From: an uncultured virus (IMG/VR IMGVR_UViG_3300006417_000331)
Lineage: Duplodnaviria > Heunggongvirae > Uroviricota > Caudoviricetes
Reading direction: 5' to 3' (one strand)
IMG/VR virus record: IMGVR_UViG_3300006417_000331
DNA length: 64,000 nt
Under the pieces are notes generated by a model, which saw only the letters and a program-made list of their open reading frames with translations, was not told the origin of the DNA and did not search any database. A program made the position numbers and the translations under genes. Positions 19,240 to 28,635 of this stretch are shown piece by piece. The first letter of the stretch is position 1. Each line of letters starts with the position of its first letter.

Positions 19240-19324
19240 GACATCCCGTCATCACAATTATTTCAGAATTGTTCGCCGTCCATGGCGAACTTGCTTAACC
19301 TAAATTACTGTGCCGCACCATAAC

Positions 19325-19435
19325 CTAAACCTCATCCGAATCTGAGCATGATCCAAAACCAAACCCCTCCAATGCACCATCGCCAGAACCGCAACACTCC
19401 ACTTGAACAAAAACCATACAATTATTTCGGATCAT
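19325..19435 (-). CDS. Short Gly-rich peptide coupled to DUF6948-like copy A (possibly decayed)
   Basis: MIRNNCMVFVQVECCGSGDGALEGFGFGSCSDSDEV; same 14-nt overlap as copy B. Confidence 0.45.
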   Translation of the reverse strand: MIRNNCMVFVQVECCGSGDGALEGFGFGSCSDSDEV

Positions 19436-19706
19436 GGGCTTTAATTCCTCTAAGACTCACTGTAGCCTTATCACTGCATGGGATAATCTCTATAGCTTCA
19501 GTCAACAAGATTTCAGGCACTTCAATAGAAATCTTTGACTCGTTGCTCACTCCATGCATTGCAACCGCAGAAAGGGTAAATGCGCCCTCCCAGTACCATA
19601 TGCGACGTGAATTTGTTAGTAAAACTTCTTTCCCTTCCCTTTGCTTTAGTGTGCCAAAATGCACTCCGGCTGAATGCGTTCGGATAATTACTGGCTTTCC
19701 AATCAT
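19422..19706 (-). CDS. DUF6948-like small beta-barrel protein, copy A
   Basis: VIIRTHSAGVHFGTL...V.L...RRIW.W.GAFTLS.VA..G...TEAIEIIPC. Confidence 0.75.
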   Translation of the reverse strand: MIGKPVIIRTHSAGVHFGTLKQREGKEVLLTNSRRIWYWEGAFTLSAVAMHGVSNESKISIEVPEILLTEAIEIIPCSDKATVSLRGIKAHDPK

Positions 19707-19754
19707 GTCAATCTCCTCAAAAATCCCGCCCCGCGTTGGGACGGACTATTGTTT

Positions 19755-19949
19755 TTAGCCGTCACCGTCACCGTCACCGTCACCGGAACCGTCACCGGAA
19801 CCATCACCGGAACCATCACCGGAACCGTCACCGGAACCGGACATGTAACCGTAACCGTAACCGTAACCGTCATAGTCACCGTAGCCGTCACCGTCACCGT
19901 AACCGTAACCGTAACCGTCACAGGAACCATCATAGTTAGCGCGGGTCAT
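19755..19949 (-). CDS. Gly-Tyr-Asp-Ser repeat peptide coupled to copy B
   Basis: MTRANYDGSCDGYGYGYGDGDG...(GSGD)n; start overlaps the end of copy B by 14 nt. Confidence 0.65.
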   Translation of the reverse strand: MTRANYDGSCDGYGYGYGDGDGYGDYDGYGYGYGYMSGSGDGSGDGSGDGSGDGSGDGDGDGDG

Positions 19950-20220
19950 GCGCTTCCAGCGACCGCAGATTTACGGTCGCTGCCTCACTACACGGGATCA
20001 CTTCAATCGCTTCAGTGAGAAGGATTTCTGTGATCTCCACTGACATTTTTGAGCTTTTGCCAACTCCATGCAGGGCGACTGCCGAGAGCGTAAAAGCCCC
20101 ATTACAAGACCAAATTCTCCTGGCGTCCGTTAACACGACCTCCTTACCATCCCTGTATTGCAGCGTGCCAAAATGCACGTCGGCTGAATGCGTCCTGACA
20201 ATAACATCTTTACCTATCAT
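19936..20220 (-). CDS. DUF6948-like small beta-barrel protein, copy B
   Basis: Same length (94 aa) as copy A and highly similar; GAGGTGA RBS. Confidence 0.75.
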   Translation of the reverse strand: MIGKDVIVRTHSADVHFGTLQYRDGKEVVLTDARRIWSCNGAFTLSAVALHGVGKSSKMSVEITEILLTEAIEVIPCSEAATVNLRSLEAHDPR

Positions 20221-20256
20221 TTGAATCTCACCTCATTTGAACCTCGCCGTTTTTTA

Positions 20257-20520
20257 TTAACCCAAACCATTTCCGGTTTCTACGCAGACTCCATCTCCGT
20301 CGCCACAACCGAAACCGCAACCGCCATCATCTCCTTGACCATCACCATACTCATTCCGTTTGTTTTTACCGCTTAACCCTCTCGTTGATCCAAGCCCATA
20401 ACCAGCGCCGTGAAAGTAACCGTAACCTTCACCTGTTCCTCTCCCTTTTCCTTTTCCTGAAACAGTGCCATGTCCTGAATTGATCTGTTCATCAGGCTGA
20501 TCAAAATGGAATTTCATCAT
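20257..20520 (-). CDS. Gly-rich (GxG repeat) peptide overlapping the ssb 3' end
   Basis: MMKFHFDQ...GKGKGRGTGEGYGYFHGAGYGLG...YGDGQGDDGGCGFGCGDGDG. Confidence 0.55.
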   Translation of the reverse strand: MMKFHFDQPDEQINSGHGTVSGKGKGRGTGEGYGYFHGAGYGLGSTRGLSGKNKRNEYGDGQGDDGGCGFGCGDGDGVCVETGNGLG

Positions 20521-20905
20521 CAATGAGTTCATTTTTATTCTTCCGTTTATGTTCTCGATTGTCGAATGAAGGATCCTCCTGTTTCTCGTCTTTCTTGCTG
20601 CTTCCAACCAATTCAATATCACTGACTCGGCATTTCAGTGTAGACTTGGTAGTTCCGTCCCTGCTTTGGTATTCATTGATCGACAGTTCACCGTAAATCA
20701 ATGCGAACTGCCCTTTTACAAGATACTGCGCCAGCTTTTCATAACGCTCTCCCCAAGCATCACAATCTACCCACTGTGTTACTTTTTTGTCTCCATAACC
20801 TGAATGGGTAGCGACAGAAAATTTGGTGATTTTGTTGTTATCACCAACCGTCTTGGTCTCAGCATTGCGGCCAAGTGGGCCATAAAACGATGCACGAATA
20901 GCCAT
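20501..20905 (-). CDS. ssb: Single-stranded DNA-binding protein
   Basis: G.LGR.AE, FSVAT, W..C..WG, YLVKG, and an acidic tail ending DDEIPF. Confidence 0.92.
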   Translation of the reverse strand: MAIRASFYGPLGRNAETKTVGDNNKITKFSVATHSGYGDKKVTQWVDCDAWGERYEKLAQYLVKGQFALIYGELSINEYQSRDGTTKSTLKCRVSDIELVGSSKKDEKQEDPSFDNREHKRKNKNELIDDEIPF

Positions 20906-21162
20906 AATAATTTCCTGTTTCAGTTGCCAACACAGTATGCGTTGACTTGTGGTGGAGTGATTTCACTCCAGGTATCCCACTCAGTGAATGAGATACCTGG
21001 AATGTCAATCAGCTTTATGTGTTAAATAATGCTGCTCATAATGGATGATATTATTTTAATTTAAGTGATAAATAGTGTCAACCATTATTAGCCTGTAAAA
21101 GTGGTCGGTTTAATTGGCCTATTAAAACTTGCTACAGGATAGCCATCCTTGGCCTTTACTGA

Positions 21163-23634
21163 CTACTCTCCTAACAAGGTTTTCCAGTATCGCAACTGGC
21201 TAATAGTGGAGTTGACGTATAGTTTCTGTTTGGCACGAGTAACCGCTACATAGAGACAGTACACCTCGCTTTTCTTGACCTCGTACGTTCGCTCACGATG
21301 CTTAAACACTACCAGTTCTTCAGGGAAATCTTCAGCCAGTCGAACAATATCCCATTCCAGTCCTTTGCTTTTATGGACGGTGGACAAGATAATATCGGCG
21401 CTGTGTTCTGAATATTCTCCTGCTGCTTTTAATTCAGCACAGATGTTAGGAATCGAAGAGTTGTACTTCGTCACCTGCTGAACCAGCATCTTAATTTCGG
21501 TGTCTGTATGGGCTAATTCTAGCAGCGCTGCCCAATCACCAATCAACGAAACTCCTGGATGAGTGACTTTTTGTAGGTCGCCGATACTAAGATACCATGC
21601 CGACTCCAGCCGACGAATCATATCGGCCATATTACCGACCACATGAATTGTTTTTCCTTTCCTAATGACATCCATAGCATGACTGAGTAGTCCTGCATTC
21701 GTTCTGCACAGTACGGTGTGTCGCTCGGTCGGCTTATTATCCCAACTGATTTGCGAATCAATCGATTTATAACCAATCAACGGTGGCGTCTTGTGATTCA
21801 GTAATGCCAATACTTGGTTTGCTTTATCTGCAACCGCATCGCCAAATCGAAACGATTGCGTTAAAAACAACTCATCTTCAATTCCAACATCATCCAGAGA
21901 ATTAACGCTTCCACGCCATGCATACAACTGCTGAAAGTCATCGCCAACAATCATTTTCTGACTCTGAATTTTATTGACGATAGATAAATCACGCGGCGTG
22001 ACATCCTGACCTTCATCAACGATGACCATATCAAATTGACCGCGCACTCGACCCTCTAATTCAAACATCTTGAGCCAATCATCGAAATCAACCGGAACTT
22101 CACGGTTCTTGATGTTGGTTTTGTGCATCCAGAGGGTTCTTGCAGCAGATACAACATCTTCCTTAAAGGTATTCTGTTCCTCTTTGCTCTTATTAACAAA
22201 TGAGTAATAAGGAACGTGGAACCCGGTAATCACTCGATCATTAGAAGCTGTAAATTTCCTGACTGTTTCCCTGGCAACATTAACAAGACTTTCATCGCAT
22301 CGCAGCAACCGAGCGATCTTCTTTGGATAGAAGTGCAACTTCATTTGTGGTTCAAAGTATTTTCCGTAAGTAGGCCACGCGAGTTGATGGAAGGTTTTAC
22401 AAGTGACATTTGCAGGCATTCGCTTTTCGGCGGCTACCCGAATATCTTTGTTAAAACAGAGTAACAAAATATTCTTATGCATCTGATCGCGTCCAACCAT
22501 TTCAATCACGGATGTGTTATGCGTAACAGCATGACCAACAGTTAAGAATAAATGATCTGGAGAATTAACTTCGATACAAATTGACTTACCAAATCCTGCA
22601 TCTTCGATAGAAACAATTTGACGAACAGGCGGATATTTGCTTTTAGGAACAAAAGCATTTTTCTTATGTTCGCAATGCTGGAATGGAATTATGTTAGAAG
22701 GAATCCTTATATGTAAACGATAAGACTGTTTACATTCAATTCTTGATCCATTCTTTATGTAATGAGAGCCATGATCTGACATAGAACAAAGACCACCAAG
22801 TGATTCAACGATTCTTCTTACTCCTTCTACAATTTTCTTGCTTGCACTTGAGAATTCAAGATGAGTTTTTGAAGCATGTCCATCAGTATCCATTAACCCT
22901 CTTAAAACAGATAACCTAGATTCAGGAGTAGAGGTTAAGTAGATTTCAGGAATGAACTTTTCAGCAGAACCGCATCCTTGTAATGATAAACCTCTTAATT
23001 CATTAAGAAGCGTATTGTTTCTCCATTGCCCTCCAATATATCCATTTCCAACAATTCTCCATGTAATCTTCGAGATTAGTTTCAAGCTGTGACCATCAGG
23101 AAGTTTAGATTGAACGGCTCCAATCATATTTGATTCGTGATTGGTAAAAACAAGACTCTTGTCTGACATTCCTCCATCTCCCAATAAAGCACCTAACAAC
23201 CAAGGATCAATTGGAAGTTCTTTGTTTGTACCTTCAACTGGAAGAGGCATCGGTAAAAATACTTTCTTTTTCATCAGAATCAAATCTGACGTTTTCCTAA
23301 TAAAGAATCCTTTTTTATGATCTCTTTCGGATTTTGTCTGACAAAGCCACAAATGATCTGAATCAGTAATTACTGATTGACCATCATTAAATGTCACTTT
23401 ATGTAAAGGCAAAATACCTCTATCATAGATTCCAATAACAGGGTATGAATTACCATCTGTTCCACAAACAAGATCACCTTCATTCAGTAACCCAATAGGA
23501 ATCATTCCTTTTGGAGTCACTACAGGCTGATCTTCTCGAAGCCCTTTCCCCGTTCCGGCCCTCGCTTTCACAATTAGGTCTCGATTCGACCGAGAACCTG
23601 AAAGAATCTCAACCTGTTGTTGAGTCGCTTGCAT
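21163..23634 (-). CDS. UvrD/SF1-type helicase with an intein in the P-loop
   Basis: ARAGTGK[intein]TS, TFHQLA, VDEGQD, VGDDFQQLYAWRG, LTQSFRFG, STVHKSKGLEW, YVAVTRAK. Confidence 0.9.
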   Translation of the reverse strand: MQATQQQVEILSGSRSNRDLIVKARAGTGKGLREDQPVVTPKGMIPIGLLNEGDLVCGTDGNSYPVIGIYDRGILPLHKVTFNDGQSVITDSDHLWLCQTKSERDHKKGFFIRKTSDLILMKKKVFLPMPLPVEGTNKELPIDPWLLGALLGDGGMSDKSLVFTNHESNMIGAVQSKLPDGHSLKLISKITWRIVGNGYIGGQWRNNTLLNELRGLSLQGCGSAEKFIPEIYLTSTPESRLSVLRGLMDTDGHASKTHLEFSSASKKIVEGVRRIVESLGGLCSMSDHGSHYIKNGSRIECKQSYRLHIRIPSNIIPFQHCEHKKNAFVPKSKYPPVRQIVSIEDAGFGKSICIEVNSPDHLFLTVGHAVTHNTSVIEMVGRDQMHKNILLLCFNKDIRVAAEKRMPANVTCKTFHQLAWPTYGKYFEPQMKLHFYPKKIARLLRCDESLVNVARETVRKFTASNDRVITGFHVPYYSFVNKSKEEQNTFKEDVVSAARTLWMHKTNIKNREVPVDFDDWLKMFELEGRVRGQFDMVIVDEGQDVTPRDLSIVNKIQSQKMIVGDDFQQLYAWRGSVNSLDDVGIEDELFLTQSFRFGDAVADKANQVLALLNHKTPPLIGYKSIDSQISWDNKPTERHTVLCRTNAGLLSHAMDVIRKGKTIHVVGNMADMIRRLESAWYLSIGDLQKVTHPGVSLIGDWAALLELAHTDTEIKMLVQQVTKYNSSIPNICAELKAAGEYSEHSADIILSTVHKSKGLEWDIVRLAEDFPEELVVFKHRERTYEVKKSEVYCLYVAVTRAKQKLYVNSTISQLRYWKTLLGE
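22516..23544 (-). mobile_element. LAGLIDADG intein (343 aa), class 3-like, starts with Gly
   Basis: GK|GLREDQPVVTPKG...DHLW...LGALLGDG...LRGLMDTDG...ICIEV...VTHN|T. Confidence 0.85.
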
Positions 23635-23705
23635 TTAATTCTCCTGGTTATGAAGCCTGAATAGACTCCCAACTACCGACTCATGAGAATCGGTAGTCAG
23701 TCTAT

Positions 23706-23906
23706 CTACTTGGGATAGATTTCAATAAATCCGGTTCGGCCTGTACAGTCGGAAAGCTGATGATTCCAACGTACTTTCAATCGGGTTCTTGCTAAAAGAT
23801 TAACGAGCGCCAATAAGGACGTATTTGCTTCCATATCAACCCAATAATGCGGCCAGCGCACCTTAACTATTCTTTCTTGACTATCATGAGTATGGTTTTT
23901 ATCCAC
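23706..23906 (-). CDS. Hypothetical protein
   Basis: Coupled to the upstream ORF. Confidence 0.45.
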   Translation of the reverse strand: MDKNHTHDSQERIVKVRWPHYWVDMEANTSLLALVNLLARTRLKVRWNHQLSDCTGRTGFIEIYPK

Positions 23907-24237
23907 ATTCTGTTTCCTCTAACCAGACGCGCCGGGTTTCTCCCCAACCGAGTCGTGGTGCATCTTCATCTTTCTGTTGTTCGTGCAATTCTTTTAGCAG
24001 ATAGCGCTGCTGCTTAACATCAATCCAGGGCAGCGGGATTTCCAACGAATCCCATTCAGCATGGGGGGCGATATAGGAATGCCCGCTGCTGAGATAAACA
24101 ACATCTCCCTTTCTGGCGCTAAGGCGCAGCAACCGTACCAGAGAAATACTTGGGTATGGATCATTAATGGAATGTTCAAACTGGACTTCAACCGGATAGG
24201 TACGACCGGCAAATTCAATCGTTGTATTCAGATTCAT
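23899..24237 (-). CDS. Hypothetical protein, probable paralog of 26861-27277
   Basis: GAGGTG RBS before MNLNTT; shares V.V...P.I..V......A.KG.V.Y...G. Confidence 0.55.
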   Translation of the reverse strand: MNLNTTIEFAGRTYPVEVQFEHSINDPYPSISLVRLLRLSARKGDVVYLSSGHSYIAPHAEWDSLEIPLPWIDVKQQRYLLKELHEQQKDEDAPRLGWGETRRVWLEETECG

Positions 24238-24419
24238 AGCCACCTCGCCAAGCTCATCACGGCGAATAACATTAATGAAACCGCTAATCCTGCCGTAGCC
24301 CCCATTACGATCCCGGCGCAAATCCGCTCCTGGAGTTCGTAGACCAGAGGGGGAAGGACAGTCATTATTGCTGGTGGATACCGTTTATCGTTTCCACAGA
24401 AGTCTTGTGACATCTTCAT
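24234..24419 (-). CDS. Small membrane protein
   Basis: C-terminal hydrophobic helix; GGAG RBS; ATGA overlap. Confidence 0.5.
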   Translation of the reverse strand: MKMSQDFCGNDKRYPPAIMTVLPPLVYELQERICAGIVMGATAGLAVSLMLFAVMSLARWL

Positions 24420-24506
24420 TCTCCAGATAAGAGTGGAATCTCAATCATCATATCCATCTCCAAATCCATATCCATATCCATCCTAATCTCCAGTTACATC
24501 TCCATA

Positions 24507-25052
24507 TCAATCAACATATCTATCCACATACCCATAACAATCCCCATCCGCATATCCATAACCATAACAATATCCATAACCATCTCCATCTCCATTCGCA
24601 CCATCATCATCATCATCATCATCGGTATCATTTATCTCTCCATAGCCATAGCCATAACCATCTCCGTTATCATCTCCAGTTACATCCCCATAACATTCTC
24701 CATAGCCATACCCATCTCCAAGTGCATAAGGGCCTATACCTCCATATCCATTGCCATTGCCAAAACCATCTCCATGGCTATCTGGATAATAACCAGATTC
24801 TCCATATCCATCTCCATCTCCATCAATATTTCCATTTCCATCCATCCCTGATGCTTTTCTAATCAACATGGCTTCGCTATTTGACGAAACAGAAATAGCG
24901 ACAGAAGGGCGTACAGCGGTTAATAGGACTGGTTGCCTATTCAACCAATCCAAAACACCGTTGTAACAAGCTCCGCTTGCAACAACATCATCAGCAGTTA
25001 TCAATTCCGGTTGCGGAGGCCACGGTCTTTGAGTTATTAAGCGAATAACCAT
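24507..25052 (-). CDS. Protein with an N-terminal GAC..G domain and a long Gly-Tyr-Asp repeat tail, coupled to copy C
   Basis: ITADDVVASGACYNGV, then (GDG/GYG)n; start overlaps copy C by 16 nt. Confidence 0.7.
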   Translation of the reverse strand: MVIRLITQRPWPPQPELITADDVVASGACYNGVLDWLNRQPVLLTAVRPSVAISVSSNSEAMLIRKASGMDGNGNIDGDGDGYGESGYYPDSHGDGFGNGNGYGGIGPYALGDGYGYGECYGDVTGDDNGDGYGYGYGEINDTDDDDDDDGANGDGDGYGYCYGYGYADGDCYGYVDRYVD

Positions 25053-25309
25053 TTTGCAATCGCATCCTTGGAAACATCCGCAATACTGGTTACAGCGTAC
25101 AACTCAATCCTCTCGGCCTCGGTTCCAATCTTGCTTTTATGGTTTGGGCCGATTTTCGCAAGTTCTAAGAACCCGCCAGTCGTTGCAAATCGAATCGCAC
25201 ACCTGGCACGAACCAATACGACTTTATCTCCATCTTGTGATTCAAGGAATCCAAAATATACGCCACGATACTGGGTAGTCACTAAAACAGCTCTTTTCTC
25301 AGTCATCAT
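25037..25309 (-). CDS. DUF6948-like small beta-barrel protein, copy C (divergent)
   Basis: VLVTTQYRGVYFGFL...V.L..ARCAI...GGFLELAKIGP...SKIG. Confidence 0.7.
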   Translation of the reverse strand: MMTEKRAVLVTTQYRGVYFGFLESQDGDKVVLVRARCAIRFATTGGFLELAKIGPNHKSKIGTEAERIELYAVTSIADVSKDAIAKWLFA

Positions 25310-25401
25310 TTTATCCTCGGTTAAATAAGATACAGAAGCGTATCTCGTAAAACGCTACTGAATGATTAAATAGCGTTTTGAGTGATACTCTTATGAAAGA
25401 A

Positions 25402-26283
25402 TTAGGTGGCTACAGACATTGCGGCTACGATTAAAGAAGACGCTATTTCCTTCGCATCGGAAAACATTTTCAATATCTTCTGATATTGAGGATGATCGTT
25501 TTTGATTAGCAATGAGCGCCAGAGTGTAGAAAATTCTTCCTTTGTTGTACAAGACGCTAGTTGCTGCTGAATATTCTCCTCATTATACATGTCGCCACTA
25601 AACAACCATCGAGCTAACTCCTTGCCGTGTTCTATTCCAAATACTTCGCAACGATTCTTCCATAATTGCGTCCTGTCTTTCGACGCGACTGCAATGTTGG
25701 AGTCAACGCTAATATCCCAAACTACCGTAAACTCATACTCCATCCCTTCACGTTGAATAGGAGCCATCCCTACTTTAACAGGGGCTTTTTTCCCATTATT
25801 CTCCTGAATTTCGTAAGCAGTCTTACTTCGCATTGTACAAACGATATGGCAAGGAGAGGACAGAAGCGTATCTACCAACAAGTTATGCTCTGGAGTCACA
25901 TCCCGCCACGCCATATAACTATTTCTCTGAACCTTTGTGGCGTTATCGTGCATTTCAAGAACTCCGCCAATTCCTGCCCATCCATGGCTTAAAGAATCAA
26001 TAATCACTACATTGTAGTGATTATAAGCCTCCTTTATGAGTTCAATATACCTTTTCGGAGTGTAGGGTGGCTGTAATTCAGCCACATCAAAGTCGGTTAA
26101 GTCAGAATACAGTGAAGCAGAGCCTCGCTCTGTATCTATTACCGCAATCTTCCCCTGATCACCCGCCAGCCCACGCGCCAGAAGTAATGCCGAATACGTT
26201 TTTCCAGACCCGGAAGGCCCGCAAAACGCTGCACGAAGAAAACTTACCTTACGTTCAGCCTTCTTGAACACGTTATTTAACAT
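25402..26283 (-). CDS. Sak4-like AAA ATPase (single-strand annealing protein)
   Basis: GPSGSGKTYSAL, IDTERGS, IIDSLSH.W.G.GG, PIQREG.EYEF, SKDRT. Confidence 0.85.
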   Translation of the reverse strand: MLNNVFKKAERKVSFLRAAFCGPSGSGKTYSALLLARGLAGDQGKIAVIDTERGSASLYSDLTDFDVAELQPPYTPKRYIELIKEAYNHYNVVIIDSLSHGWAGIGGVLEMHDNATKVQRNSYMAWRDVTPEHNLLVDTLLSSPCHIVCTMRSKTAYEIQENNGKKAPVKVGMAPIQREGMEYEFTVVWDISVDSNIAVASKDRTQLWKNRCEVFGIEHGKELARWLFSGDMYNEENIQQQLASCTTKEEFSTLWRSLLIKNDHPQYQKILKMFSDAKEIASSLIVAAMSVAT

Positions 26284-26359
26284 AATGATTCTCCAATTTT
26301 AATCGAAGCCATAATCGCTTCCGGGTTACACCTCTATAGAAGTGTAACCAGCGCAACCA

Positions 26360-26614
26360 TTATAAATTCGATAAAAATTCCATATTCTCGACGACACGGC
26401 CCATACGGTTGTTAAGCAATAATCTTCTTTCCATCGCTATTTCCAATACTTCATCATCAGTTTCAGCTAACAATAATCTCACATCAAGATTCTCAAGAGG
26501 CCAACCGTCTTCATCTGAGAGTAGTGTTTGCTCAACTACTTTTGAGAATAAAGAAAGGTTGCTCAACAATTGAGTACGAATTGTTTTTTTATCACTATCT
26601 TTATGTGAATTCAT
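26360..26614 (-). CDS. Hypothetical protein
   Basis: AGGGGA RBS. Confidence 0.5.
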   Translation of the reverse strand: MNSHKDSDKKTIRTQLLSNLSLFSKVVEQTLLSDEDGWPLENLDVRLLLAETDDEVLEIAMERRLLLNNRMGRVVENMEFLSNL

Positions 26615-26860
26615 TGTATATTCCCTTTGTGGTTGAATTTATATGCTATCAACTATCTTGATTGTTATCAACAAATAAAGAATAAAAATTTATTATAAAA
26701 TAATTGAATAGTTTTAGTAACTTACAGTTAAAATGAAAAGTGATAAAATAATTTTACATAATATATTAGTTACATCAAGGAGGTCTTAATATATAAGATC
26801 GTGTTCACTTTGCATCATTATTTAACCCGCCACTGCTGGCGGGTTCCTCATAGTTATTTG

Positions 26861-27277
26861 CTACGCATGTGGGCGGGTGGGTAATCTTGATTGATATGCG
26901 AGAGCTTCGCACATCGTTTCTGTGTAATGCGCCAGATCCGGGGTGTTAAAGGGGTCAACGTAGCGATTAAATAAAAACCGTGCTGTTGCCTTTTCTGCCG
27001 CATTTTCAATAACTGCGGCTTCTGCGTTCTCACAAATTTCATCGGCAAGAACTCGAATCGTTGCTTCGGATAGAATGTCTGTGACATCTATTTCCTTCCA
27101 GGCGGGGCCAAATTGCGCTTGTCCTTGCGCGTCATAGAAAACTTGCCCTTTCTTTGCGATCTGCTTGATTATTTTTACTGCGTAGATAACGGGATGCCCG
27201 CTATCCCATTCATAATCAGTCTCAACATCTACCGCTTCTCCTAAAGATTTAGATGTACTATTGTGAGTTTCGATCAT
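26861..27277 (-). CDS. Hypothetical protein
   Basis: AAGGAG RBS; hairpin at about 26824-26845 downstream. Confidence 0.6.
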   Translation of the reverse strand: MIETHNSTSKSLGEAVDVETDYEWDSGHPVIYAVKIIKQIAKKGQVFYDAQGQAQFGPAWKEIDVTDILSEATIRVLADEICENAEAAVIENAAEKATARFLFNRYVDPFNTPDLAHYTETMCEALAYQSRLPTRPHA

Positions 27278-27314
27278 CTTTTCTCCTTGGTTTTATACTA
27301 CTTTGAATGATATT

Positions 27315-28175
27315 TCATCCCAAAAGTTGAGCATAGGGAGTTATCGAGTACCCAGTCCATTGATTGCTTTTATTACATCGCTTCATCATCTCAATCAATT
27401 GCTCTCGATGTTTTAGATAGCCTTCTGCCTTGTTAGGGTTAAACCAATACAAAGCACAATTGTACGGGGCTGAGGATTCAATAGCGACCCAGCAGAAGAG
27501 GTCAGCCTTAGTCCCTGCTAGGTAATGAGCGGCCTTCAGATAGTACCCATAATCATTACAAGCATATGAAAATTTCTTTGGACTCGCCCCTTTGGAAGTG
27601 GTCTTAAAATCCATGCAAATTGAAATGCCAAAAGGCAGTTCCAGTAAGTCAGGCCAGCGTTCATTGATTAAATCAACACAGTTTCCTGAAGGCTGAATAA
27701 GGCGGTCAGGCCGACACTTATGGTGGACTCCAAACTCATCCCAGAAGAATGAATGCTCCGCTTTATAAGGACTTCTCATTAGCGATTGAAGAACCGGGTC
27801 ATCGGTGTTCTGTAAAGAGTTCACCATACCCGTAATTCGATAGAAATCATCGCGTTCCAGGATCGTCTTGGCTCCTGCTGAAACCTCAAATTTAGCGAAG
27901 GCTTCCTTTCCTGCTTTAGTCCGTTTATCCATTCCATCTGGACGAATGATATAGGTTTCTTCAAAGGCTTGTTTTGATTCAAGCGCCAAGTGGAGCGCTG
28001 TCCCTAACTCAAGATGCTTTCCTTCAATCTTTATCTTTCCATCACGATAATACTGGTAGTGCCTTGGCGACTGATCGAGATAAACCAATGCGGTACTCGA
28101 TAAAGCATAATGGGCCAAATAACTTTGCATAGGCATGTCAGCGATTATAGATGGATTCTTTAACGGCGCGTTCAT
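27315..28175 (-). CDS. RecE/exonuclease VIII-like PD-(D/E)XK nuclease (DUF3799)
   Basis: LSST.L...SP.HY, LGTALH, DKRTKAGKE, E.SFFW, KCRPD, DFKTT, Y...AAHY. Confidence 0.85.
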   Translation of the reverse strand: MNAPLKNPSIIADMPMQSYLAHYALSSTALVYLDQSPRHYQYYRDGKIKIEGKHLELGTALHLALESKQAFEETYIIRPDGMDKRTKAGKEAFAKFEVSAGAKTILERDDFYRITGMVNSLQNTDDPVLQSLMRSPYKAEHSFFWDEFGVHHKCRPDRLIQPSGNCVDLINERWPDLLELPFGISICMDFKTTSKGASPKKFSYACNDYGYYLKAAHYLAGTKADLFCWVAIESSAPYNCALYWFNPNKAEGYLKHREQLIEMMKRCNKSNQWTGYSITPYAQLLG

Positions 28176-28247
28176 TTCAATGAGACTCCTTTATTGAAAG
28201 CATATCACTTATATTGATACAATCAAATAATAAGTGATTATTCTGTA

Positions 28248-28547
28248 TCAAGCAATACTGTAAAAGCAAAATGCTGCTTTACAAGCGATTCCATACTGCA
28301 TTGCGGCATGTTCCTCTTCCAAAGCAGAATAATATAAATATTCTTCAATCTCTTCAATTTCCCTCCTGGCAAGCTCAATAAGGACTCGATACTCATTCTC
28401 TAGAGACCTGTCCGTTATCACTTCTTTATCCATGATACGAAGTATTCGTTCTGGATTCTGTCTAATCAACATCTGAACTGCAAGAAGTTTTGGGTTAAAC
28501 TTATTCGATGAATCCATTGGACCCTCCCAAGGGATCATTGTAAACAC
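28248..28547 (-). CDS. Hypothetical protein
   Basis: Probable start at MDSSNK after GGAGG. Confidence 0.5.
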   Translation of the reverse strand: MFTMIPWEGPMDSSNKFNPKLLAVQMLIRQNPERILRIMDKEVITDRSLENEYRVLIELARREIEEIEEYLYYSALEEEHAAMQYGIACKAAFCFYSIA

Positions 28548-28635
28548 CCCACGAATAGAAAAGCGGCCATAAGGACTAGATAAACACCATTGATCATGGA
28601 AATAATTTCAGCCTCCACCATAATTCTCCAAAGGG

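Noticed and set aside
19674..20018. Val-Thr repeat and Arg-His repeat ORFs (19674-20018 +, 19703-19933 -, 19736-19939 +)
   Set aside because: These are alternative frames of the same 6-bp repeat. The Gly-x frame is on the coding strand, is coupled to the upstream gene and recurs elsewhere.
16060..24509. Stop-codon reassignment suggested by in-frame TAG/TGA in some ORFs
   Set aside because: Long conserved genes are uninterrupted in the standard code and end normally at TAA, TAG or TGA. The internal stops occur only in decayed duplicates or repeat tails.
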